Source: Selaginella moellendorffii (taxonomy: Eukaryota; Plantae; Lycopodiophyta). From it: a stretch of 64,000 bases of DNA. A program made the translations under genes and the position numbers. The stretch is taken from positions 389,614 through 453,613 of the forward strand of contig NW_003314334.1 in NCBI RefSeq assembly GCF_000143415.4, in the 5' to 3' direction. Of the stretch, positions 24,731 through 34,155 are shown piece by piece (position 1 is the stretch's first letter; each line of letters starts with the position of its first letter). Under the pieces are notes generated by a model that made no database searches, had not been told where the DNA came from, and saw only the letters and a program-made list of their open reading frames with translations.

Positions 24731-25069
24731 GATCGCCAGCGATTTCCAGGCACACATCAAGGAGGGCGTCTGTGACTTTGCCTGGACTCTGAGAAGCATT
24801 TCTTCCGGCAAATGTCCGCCAGAGCAGCCGATGAAATCTAGAAACACGTCGGCCGCGCCACTCTCGAGGAAAATCACGGATAATCTCGACGAGCTCGTCA
24901 GTCACGGCAGAGTCACCAGAAATAAACCATCTCCAGATCAATAGAACAAAAAACTCACTTGCAGAGGATCTTCTTCACAGTCTCTGGAGTACCTAAAGAA
25001 CGTCTGTACAAAAACGCGCAAGTAAGTGTCGGCAAGAGAAGAAGAAGTGGAGGAATTTACCTCAAGAGA
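24731..25069 (-). pseudogene. Partial duplicate of the alpha/beta hydrolase gene (copy of about 16257-16655)
   Basis: Near-identical tracts including introns (e.g. gatttccaggcacacatcaaggagggcgtctgtga, gataatctcgacgagctcgtcagtcacggcagagtca), with deletions. Confidence 0.88.
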
Positions 25070-25116
25070 CAGCCTTAAAACTTTCCTCCTCGGGAAGCTC
25101 AAACTTTTCTCGGGTG

Positions 25117-25850
25117 ATGGCCGAGGTTTTGGCGCTTCGATGTTACGGTACGTAATGGAAAACCTCGAGCTAACCTCGCGCGTGCTTTGCAGGTCAATCC
25201 ACGGAAAAAATCCAGCAGCAAATGGTGCTGTAGCGTTTGCAATGCGGTCACCAATGGAACTGCAAAGAAAATTCGAGAGCTGGTCCAAACGCTGAAGTAC
25301 TCGACTCTAGCGCACCAGCAAGATCACTTTGAGCCGAATGACGTGGGAGATCTCACCACACAAGAGTATGAAGGTGGGGAAAGTATGTCCATGGTTATGA
25401 AACTGAGCCAAGCAAATGGATTGAGTTCTTAGAGGCCGGGGTGAGTCTCTCTGGTAAATTGTTTTTGTTCTCTTCTCCATTTTCTGATTGCAACACTTGG
25501 CAGGATTCACGGTTTGAAGCTCGTGCGGAAAGGAAAATGTCTCTGTGAAGAACGACCGCGGCACTAAGTCTGAAACAGGGATCGGTTTGGACGAGTGGAG
25601 AAAACAAAATGCTGGTGGAGCTAGCAGAAGGACTGAAACAAGGACAGTTTCGAGCAAATGGAGGAAGTATCTAGAGACCGATGAAACAAAGATCCGAACG
25701 TGGAGCGTGATACGGATTTGCAGGGCAGAGCTCAGTCTTCTAGCAGAAAGTGGTTCCTTCCGGAGAATCTAAGCGTACCTGAAGATGCCTTGCACACAGC
25801 TCACGGACGAACTTGCGACAGACGACATTCATCCGTCGTTTCTTTAGCCA
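25117..25850 (+). pseudogene. Inverted degenerate duplicate of the MRNIP-like gene
   Basis: atggccgaggttttggcgcttcgatg, RKKSSSKWCCSVCN, KWRKYLETDETK; internal deletions and frameshifts relative to 28660-29671. Confidence 0.85.
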
Positions 25851-25897
25851 GGCGCGAGAAGGTGGAGTCAAGGGAGTTTATTTCTTTTCACAAGGAT

Positions 25898-27319
25898 TCA
25901 CAACAGGCGGATGATACAGAGCTTGATCGAGTCGATGTAAAAGTACATGATGCGCGGTTCCATCAGTCCTTCGTCGGAGAGAGTTTTGGCAAGCGTCATA
26001 TACAACGGCACCATGTCAGCGCTCCGCAAAGACCTCAGCACGACAAGCATCTCTGGCACCTCCGGCCGAAGTCCTCGCTCCAACATCTTAGACATGGCCG
26101 AAGCTGCCTCAGCGGGATTACCACCTTTGATGAAGCCTCCAATCAGCACGGAGAAGGTTAACTTGGTCGCTTCTCTTCCCGACGCTTCCATCTTTCCAAA
26201 GATCCGATAAGCGTCTTCGGCTCGGTTATTGAAAGCACATATGCCGAGTATCGTGTTGAACATGGACGGAGCTGGGGACCGTCCTGCCAGCTTCAACTTC
26301 CACAAGCTACGCTCCGCATCGAGACCTTTGCCTGCCAGACAGTACATTGCTAGCAGCCTTTCGTAGATCGTCGGCATAAGTTCCTGCGACTGCTCGTCCT
26401 CGGCTGCCCATTGAGTAAACTGCTCGGCTTGACGATGCAACGATGCCTCGTAAGTTCTTATGGACTTGTCGCTGCCTTCGATGCTAATGACGCCTTTCTT
26501 CTGATACTTTCGCAGCTGGTGAACAGCAAAGCTCAGCTGCTCTTGTTCGTGAACTGCAGCCAGCATCGCAGCGCTGTACGTTGTGCCTTTCAACGGTAGA
26601 CCACCATTTCGGATCTCGGTCACTAGTCGAATCGCCTGCTTGGATTGTTTGCTGGAGACCATCTTTACGATGAGATATTGTAGAGGATCGTCAGCTCGGT
26701 CTTGGTACCACTTGGAGCTCATCACCTCCTTTACAAAAGTAAGTGCCTCGGACGCCTTTCCTTTTTCCCAGTAGGCAGCTACTATAGAGTGCATGATGCG
26801 CGATTCTGGAGTGAGGCCCACGCAGTACATGTCTTCTAACAGCGCTTTCACTTGTTCCACAGGCTTCTCTTGTTCCACCAGCTTCATCGCCCAATTCACC
26901 ATGATCGACATCATCAATTGGTGTGTGTCATTTTCCACTCGGTTGGTTTTTTGCATCCACTCGAAGACTTCCAGCGCAAACCAAGAATCTCTACCTTCTT
27001 CCGCAAAGTAAGCGAGAACGAGCTGCAAGTCCTTGGCCGAGAGCTGTCCGCCGATGTCATTCAACACCTCACCAGGTTCTTTCAACAGCCCTTCTAGCTG
27101 AAAGATTGTCTCTTGGAGAGCGTCATTTTTCTTTCTCTGACCGTTACCATTGCTTACAGGGACAGGGTTTCCAGGTGATGAAGCTCTGATCAAGAGGGAT
27201 CTACCATGCTTCAAGGGACTTACAGGGATCCGCAAACCTGGTAATAGCGATCTTGCGATTCTCGGTGCGGCCGCACAGCCGAGGTGAGAAATTGCTGCTT
27301 TGCAGCCGAGGCTTTCCAT
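25898..27319 (-). CDS. P-class PPR protein, At2g30100-like (plastid)
   Basis: DLQLVLAYFAEEGRDSWFALEVFEW, YERLLAMYCLAGKGLDAERSLW, C-terminus YFYIDSIKLCIIRLL. Confidence 0.8.
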   Translation of the reverse strand: MESLGCKAAISHLGCAAAPRIARSLLPGLRIPVSPLKHGRSLLIRASSPGNPVPVSNGNGQRKKNDALQETIFQLEGLLKEPGEVLNDIGGQLSAKDLQLVLAYFAEEGRDSWFALEVFEWMQKTNRVENDTHQLMMSIMVNWAMKLVEQEKPVEQVKALLEDMYCVGLTPESRIMHSIVAAYWEKGKASEALTFVKEVMSSKWYQDRADDPLQYLIVKMVSSKQSKQAIRLVTEIRNGGLPLKGTTYSAAMLAAVHEQEQLSFAVHQLRKYQKKGVISIEGSDKSIRTYEASLHRQAEQFTQWAAEDEQSQELMPTIYERLLAMYCLAGKGLDAERSLWKLKLAGRSPAPSMFNTILGICAFNNRAEDAYRIFGKMEASGREATKLTFSVLIGGFIKGGNPAEAASAMSKMLERGLRPEVPEMLVVLRSLRSADMVPLYMTLAKTLSDEGLMEPRIMYFYIDSIKLCIIRLL

Positions 27320-27890
27320 GGGGAAATATAGCCTCACTATTCCTCGCAGGCCACCATCGCTTGCGGCCCTAAATCACGTAACGCTCGCGCAACGCAAGCC
27401 AAGTCAAGAACCAACAAACGAGGTAATTTGGCGGCTTTCTTTTTTTACCTCAATGCGAAAGTGCCGCGTGGCTTTTTATATTTCAGCCAAGTGGATCGAG
27501 AAAATCCGAAGTGGAAGTGGAGTACACGGCAAACTTTTAACACAGCCTCTTCTGAAGCTTTGTTAGATTCGGCCATGTAGGATACCACTAAAAGAGCTGG
27601 ATTTTTGCCATTAGGTGATTGAAGTAAAAGATGCCTATGAAATTCCCGGTCATGCGAGGTATTTGTTTGCTTTTTTATGACGTAGAAAGTCACTCACCAC
27701 TGATGTTAGTGGCATTGGATGAGCGTGAAAGCATTGTACTGTAGGGAGTTTTCCAAGGGCCGTATTTGTTTCACACTTCTAAAGTCCGAATACTGGTGAA
27801 ATATTGAAAAAATTCGTTCGCAATAATGTACCAAGAAACTTTCCCTCTTTTATTAAGTTAGAGATTCAAAGAGAACTGAACTAGTGGTAT

Positions 27891-28489
27891 TTAAACTGGT
27901 GGGGTGAAAATATAGAGCTTGGTAACCACCTTCTCAACAATGTTGAGACCATAAGTTTGCACTGGGGTTGCAATTTCAATGCCATTGATAATTGCAGGAT
28001 TGTTATCATCTGGTAACCCACCAAAACCAACTCCACCAGTAACAGGGAGTCTTTGAGTGGGGAGCTGCAAGTTTACAGGTCCCTGGATCTCAAAGTATGA
28101 TCCATTAGTGAAATAAAATGTGCCTGTAATGAAGAGGAGGTCTGGTGTTTGGCGCCATACAGACTGGAATCCTATGAAGCTTCCAATCTGTTTTGAGTTG
28201 TATTCAGGGCCCTCTGTCATCTTGTAGTTGAACTCTAGAGTTGTGGAGTTGGGAGCAGCAGGTTTGATGGAGATGATGAGAGAGGAATTGGTCTGCTCTT
28301 GTATGATGTGGAAGTAGAAATTGAGGGTCAGCTTTCTAGGCTTGTTGCAGCACTTTGGATCGTCATGAGATATTGCCTGTTGAAAGAAAGGAAAACATTT
28401 GGCAACTTAGCAAGTGATATTTGAGCTTTACTCACCATTGTTAATGTCGCTGCTAGGAGAAGTGTGATCAGGAGTTTAAAGCAAGACAT
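27891..28489 (-). CDS. Divergent dirigent-like secreted protein (intron 28377-28435)
   Basis: Signal-peptide exon MSCFKLLITLLLAATLTM; LNFYFH, MTEGP..SKQIG, RLPVTGG.G. Confidence 0.7.
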
Positions 28490-28659
28490 TGCAGTTTCTG
28501 GAAATTATGTGCCACTCTCAGAACTAGTAGAGGCGTCCTCGTTTTAAAGACCAATACATGATCTGATCTGATTGTAATGTAGGTTGTGTTTGTTGAGGTT
28601 GGAATAGTCGAGTTGGAGAACTCTTTCTTGGCTTGGACTCTTCACCTTGTCGCACCTGA

Positions 28660-29671
28660 CTAAAGAAACGACGGATGAATGTCCTCTGTCACAAGTTCGT
28701 CCGCGAGCTCTGTGTGCAAGGCATCTTCAGGCACGCTTGGGTGCTGCGGATGGAACCACTTTCTGCTACAAGACTGAGCTCTGTCCGTATCAGGCTCCAC
28801 GAACTGGCGCTTTGTTTCATCGGTCTCTAGATACTTCCTCCATTTGCTCGAGTCTGTCCTTGTTGTGCTAGAAGACTGGAGTCCACCAGCATTTTGCTTT
28901 CTCCACTCATCCAAACAGGTCCCTGTTTCAGACTTCGTGCCGCAGTTGCTCCATCTTCCCGAGTTCAGGTCGTTCTTCACAGGAACATTTTCCTTTCCCA
29001 GGTATCCAGCTCCATGCAGCTTACTACCAGTCGCAATGGTCGTCTTTTTGGTGTTCTTCTCGCTTGAAACTGAATGTGCTTTGAGCGGACCATCAAGCCC
29101 ATCACATTCGTAACACGCTACTTCGTCGTGCAACCTCTCCGTTCTTTTCCGTTTTGTGGCACTCTCTGGGATAGAAGTCACGTACATCGTATCCTCGTCA
29201 CCAGCACGAGATTCAACCTGTGAGTCCTGCCAAGTGTTGCGATTAGATAAAAGAGAGAACAAAATAATCAACTAGAGACTCACCTCGGTCTCCAAGTACT
29301 CGGCCCATTTGCTTGGCTTAGTTTCGTAACCATGGACATTCTTTTCTCCAACTTCGCTTTGTCCATTCTCTTGTGTGGTGAGATCTCCCACGTCGTTCGG
29401 CTCAAAGTGATCTTGCTCCTGCGCTAGAGGGGAGTAATTCAGCGTTTGGACCAGCTCTCGAATTTTCTTTGCAGCGCCAGAGCTTCCATAGACCTTGGTG
29501 ACCGATTGCTTCTCATTGCAAACGCTACAACACCATTTGCTGCTGGATTTCTTCCGTGGCTTCACCTGCAAAGCACACGCGAGGTTAGCTCGATCAAAAA
29601 CTCAAAAAAAGATTCTCAAGTACCTGGAACATTTTGCACGCGTAGCATCGAAGCGCCAAAAACTCCGCCAT
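28660..29671 (-). CDS. MRNIP: MRN complex-interacting protein-like
   Basis: MAEFLALRCYACKMFQ/VKPRKKSSSKWCCSVCNEKQSVTKVY..KIRELVQTLN; SKW repeats. Confidence 0.8.
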
Positions 29672-29739
29672 CGAGAAAACCCTAGAAATTTCCCGCGCTC
29701 GAGTAAAAGCTAGGGTTTAAGAGTTCTTCTAGGATCAGG
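29672..29739. promoter_or_regulatory. 68-bp head-to-head spacer with two oppositely oriented telo-boxes and an E2F-type site
   Basis: aaaccctag at about 29677, tttcccgc at 29689-29696, tagggttt at 29711. Confidence 0.6.
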
Positions 29740-30254
29740 ATGAGCGTCAATCGGTTTTGCCCCTACTGGTACCTCAGATCTTGGAGCTTTTCTTTCACCC
29801 TGTGTGCTTTCTTCTCCAGCGAGAGCCTTCTGGATCCCGAGGAAGATGCCGAGAGAAAGATCCTGCTCTGGTCGTGCCCAGATTGCACTCACAAGGTGAG
29901 AGATTTCGCCCCTAAAATCACAATCCCAGTGAGATTCTTGGCCCCAAATCGATTGAGCAGGAAGAAGCCGCGGACAACGTGACATACCACAAGGTGATCC
30001 AGAAGCCATCCGAGGACAAGACGATGCCCGCGATCCTCCCGCGCACTCGCAACGCGCGATGCCCCAAATGCGGGCAATGCGAGGCCAGATTCTGGAAGGT
30101 AAGAATCTAGATCGCGCCGCGATTGCGATTGCCGCTGCTAATCGACTGGAATTTCCAGGCCAGGCCTCCTGGCGAGCTGCTGGTGAGCCTCTTCTTCGCG
30201 TGCTGCCACTGCACGCATCGATGGCAGGAGCGCCCGGAAGAACACGCCGTGTGA
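29740..30254 (+). CDS. NRPB9: RNA polymerase subunit 9 (RPB9-like), divergent; 4 exons
   Basis: Spliced: MSVNRFCPYCESLLDPEEDAERKILLWSCPDCTHKEEAADNVTYHKVIQKPSEDKTMPAILPRTRNARCPKCGQCEARFWKARPPGELLVSLFFACCHCTHRWQERPEEHAV*. Two Zn ribbons. Confidence 0.85.
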
Positions 30255-30415
30255 GGGCGGCGAGAGAGAGAAAGAAAACCCTCGACGCAAGCTCGAAGAA
30301 CACGAAAAGCATTTAGAATGATTCCCTTTGAAAAACCCTAGAAAGGCGAGGACGAGCCGAGAGCTAGGGTTTGTAGGGCATGGCGCATTGCGATCGATGG
30401 CGGCGATGAGGAGCG

Positions 30416-32233
30416 ATGGCCGGCATGGAGGTGGACGACGGCCCCGCTAGGGTTGGCGGCAAGCGCCACATTTCCAGCCATCGCATCCCCCAGGTGTGTA
30501 GATACTGGCAAGAAGGCCGATGCAACAAGGGCGATAGCTGCCAGTGGCTCCACTCGTCGGGCCCTGGAACATCCGGGAGGCTCGATGGCGATAATTTTCT
30601 CGTAGGAAGCAAGCGGCACAACAATGTAGTTGAGGGGCGGCGATGGGGGAAGCCTCGCGGGCGGAGAGGCGGCGGTGGCGGTGGCGGCCGGGGGATTTTC
30701 ACAGACGGTGGGAGACCGCGTCCCAGGGACAAGCCTTGTATATTTTGGATGAAAGGCGACTGCAATCGTGGTAGCCAATGCAATTTTCTTCATTCCTACA
30801 GCACTACTACAGAGATGGAGATGATGACCCAGCTCACAGGCCACACCAAGGTAGGCTCGGACTCATCTCTTTCTCGGTTCTCTTGTTCTTCGCATCGGTG
30901 TTTGATCGCTTTTGCTTCTTCGCAGGCCGTGAAAGGAATCGCATTATCTTCTTCGTTATACACGGGAGGCCAGGACAAGTCCGTCAAAGTGTGGAACAGC
31001 GACGACGGAAAGGTTTGCGTCCAGAGGCTTATAAGAGTTTTCGTATTGACTTTGCTATCTCTTCCCCTTTGGTTGCAGTGTACAACCACTGTTCCTATGG
31101 GATCTGAGGTGGAGTCACTACTTATCGCGTCTGGGTGGCTGTTTGTGGGGCTTCCGAACGAAGTTCGGGTGAGAATTTTTTTTTCTGTCATTACAGTGCT
31201 CTAACTTCGATGCCTCGTGCATAAACTTCTGTTCTCGCAGGCGTGGAACATGCAAACCAACGCTCAGCAAAGTCTGGACGGCCCCAAAGGTCAAGTTTAT
31301 GCTTTGGCTGTCTGCGAGGATGCTTTGTTTGCCGGTTCTCAAGTAAGTAAGCCAATCTTTCAAAGCAAAACCGAAGTGGATGGTTTGCTAACAAGATGTT
31401 TTGAAGGACGGAAGCATTCTGGCTTGGAAATACAACACGGCGGTAAATGCTTTCCAGCCGGCGTATGGTTTGTATGGCCACGCCGGTGCTGTTGTAACAC
31501 TGCAAGCTGCTGGCGGCAGACTCTATTCCGGGTCCACGGATAAGTCCATTCGGGTAGTGTATCAGATTGGTTTGGTGTGAAAAAACGAAAGTATTACATT
31601 TTCATGAACAGGTATGGAACATCGCCACCAGAGAGTGCTTATTTACTCTTCATGGCCATTCTAATGTAGTTATGAGCCTGCTTTGCTGGGAGCAATTTTT
31701 GTTATCGTGTTCTTTGGACGGGTATATAAAAGTAAGTCATCTCAAAGTCTTGCTAGCGATGTGTTTTGACGCTGTTTTCGTTTTGCTCCAGGTCTGGGCG
31801 GCCACTCCAAGTGGATTAGAAGTCACTTACACGTACCCTGAAGATGATCAGGGAGACGAACTCGATGTAAGCTTTGCAAGTTCTTGCAAGTTCTTTTGGT
31901 TTACGTGAATCTTCTCTTTTCGCTCAGGGTGCTCTGGCTTTGTGCGGTACAGTCGATGCGCAAGGGAAGCCAGTGCTCTTGTGTTCATACAACGACAACA
32001 CTGTGAGACTGTATGATCTTCCAACGTAAGTTCTCGAGCAAACTCTAGGCTGCGAGTCACTCAAACTTACCATGCGCTGCTTTGTTCGCAGTTTTAACGA
32101 GCGAGGAGTTTTGTTCTCTCGAGACGAAGTGAGAGTTTTGCAAGGCGGCCCTGGAGGGCTGGTTTTCTCCGGAGAGAGTTCTGGGGATGTCAAGGTGTGG
32201 TGCTGGACCAAGGCCATTTCGTCTACAGGCTGA
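30416..32233 (+). CDS. ZFWD: CCCH zinc finger + WD40 protein (ZFWD family)
   Basis: CRYWQEGRCNKGDSCQWLH and CIFWMKGDCNRGSQCNFLH, then WD40 repeats (LHGHSNVVMSLLCWEQFLLSCSLDGYIK). Confidence 0.88.
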
Positions 32234-32333
32234 TTGATTGGCGATATAGATTTGCGAAAAAATGGGAATAAAAAAGAGAGCAAAGGCCAACCTATTGTTT
32301 GATTTTTAGGGCAGAAGCTATAGTGGTGTCGTC

Positions 32334-32910
32334 ATGGCGATGGCGCCAGCGAGTGGGGCGGTGGCAGCGCCGGCCAATGATTCGGCGCTCGATCCTGTCG
32401 CGCAGTGCGCTCTGGCGACGCTCAATGTGATGCGGCTGCTTCACGATTCGTCGCCGTGCAAGGTCGCAAGATTTGGATCGATTAGCGATGATTTCTAGCA
32501 AATTTTGCAGAGCTTGGAAAGGCTGCCAAGGGATTTGTCGGCAAAGCTACCGAGCATCAGGAACACAGGTTCTGTAAGTCCTCGAAGGTCGATTTTTTTC
32601 TTTCGAGCTAACAGTCTTTTGCAGCTTTTGCACCAAATGCCAGCAGTTGTGATTTCTCTCGATACTTGCCTTGACAGTGCCGTTCAAAAGTATGGTTTTC
32701 CTTCTTCCGGAAAAGAGATTCTTAACGACTTCTTTTTCTTGCTAGTGCTCGACTACTCAAGGATGTGAGACGACTGCTCTCTTCTGAAAATTCTGGTAAC
32801 CTTTTCAAGTGGTCCTTGAGAAAATGCTAACTTTCGGGACAGAAAAGTCACTGGAGTCTGAAAGAAACGAAGACGCGAGCCAGGAAAAACAGGTAACTTC
32901 GATTAATTAG
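32334..32910 (+). CDS. TOM2B: Tobamovirus multiplication protein 2B-like (small multi-exon gene; last exon tentative)
   Basis: Spliced ...ATLNVMRLLHDSSPCK/SLERLPRDLSAKLPSIRNTGS/LLHQMPAVVISLDTCLDSAVQN.. resembles the TOM2B LxKLPKNLLAK..LxQLPxVISSLD pattern. Confidence 0.65.
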
Positions 32911-32972
32911 AGCGCAAAGAATGAGAGTGAATGGTTTTCTTGATGACGAAGATCTGTGCTAGAGCTTTCCAA

Positions 32973-33467
32973 TCAGTGACTTACCCTGACATCGATCTCC
33001 AGGATGACTGAAGCACCACTGGCAGAGGCGGTCTTGATGGTAGCGTAGCCCCGAGCATTGCGAAACTGGCCGGTTCCTCCGATAACAGCGATCTCCCGGA
33101 CAGCCTCCGAGGTGTCGTCGGATCCGTGGAAGCTCAGCGTGCTCCCCTTGAAGTCGCCCGTCTGGAACACGGCACTGAAAGTGAGGAGCAAGCTCCTCCC
33201 GTCCATGGACGCGACGATCCAAGTCCCCTGGCCCCTTCCAATCGCCGGAGACGATGCGTCGGCCCCCTGAGTGAGCGGATCATCGATGACGGTCACGGTG
33301 CCGAAGCCCGCGGTTCCAGGCCCCGCGACCATGACGACGCTCTGGTTTGGAGGAGTCATGTTGTCGTGCATGTAGAAGTGGAGGCTCGTGTCCTTGGCAG
33401 CGGCAGCAGCGATCCAGACGAGAATTGCGACTGCCCAGCAGTGGATCAGGGGTGGAGAGGCGAGCAT
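32973..33467 (-). CDS. DIR: Dirigent protein, intronless
   Basis: Signal peptide, LHFYMHD, FGTVTVIDDPLT, IGRGQG, GSTL, REIAVIGGTGQFRNARGYA. Confidence 0.93.
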   Translation of the reverse strand: MLASPPLIHCWAVAILVWIAAAAAKDTSLHFYMHDNMTPPNQSVVMVAGPGTAGFGTVTVIDDPLTQGADASSPAIGRGQGTWIVASMDGRSLLLTFSAVFQTGDFKGSTLSFHGSDDTSEAVREIAVIGGTGQFRNARGYATIKTASASGASVILEIDVRVSH

Positions 33468-34155
33468 TCTTACAGACTTTCGATGGAGATCCTTGTGATC
33501 ACGCGCGCTTCGAGGGAGACCGAGCATGCTCTGCTTAAATAATGGAAAGTCTTCTCTCCACTTCTGTGGTTTGGTAGAAGTCGAATATGCCGGGTATATG
33601 CTTGCGAGTAGTACTCGGGTTCGATACCCGGTGTGGAGTTTTGATAACCTAAGGTTTTAAAACCATGAGCCCTAGCCTCCCCTACATTTTCTTCCTCTCC
33701 ATGTTCTTCGTTTTATCCCATTGCTGGAGTTCACAACACGACAGTGGCGGCGCAGTGCCGTGCCGTGCCAGATCCAGCCACAGACGATCCAGCCTACAAT
33801 CCGAGCTTCTTGCGACGGTGCTTTGATGCGTTTGAGAGGCTCTACACAAAGTCTGGGACAGATTTTTCCCTTTTTGTGGTTTTGTTTTGGATCAGATGAT
33901 GTTTTTGTAGTCGACTTGATGCGGACAGAGATTAGCTTGTCTCTGACAAAAAGGCTTTCTGATGATCCAAGCATCCCCTCTTGCGCTGTGGTTTTGCTCA
34001 CATTAGTCACTAGATTCTCGCATGATTTTCGTTTCGACTCGGTCTAGATCTATTGCACAAAACCGAGAAAGTTACAAATCCGCAAGATTGGTCACCGCTA
34101 GAGATGTTTTGGGATCGCCCACAACCTCGGTTCTTCCCATCTGATCAAAACCCCT

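Noticed and set aside
33672-34047. 108-112 aa ORFs on both strands
   Set aside because: No family recognised and no convincing gene structure.
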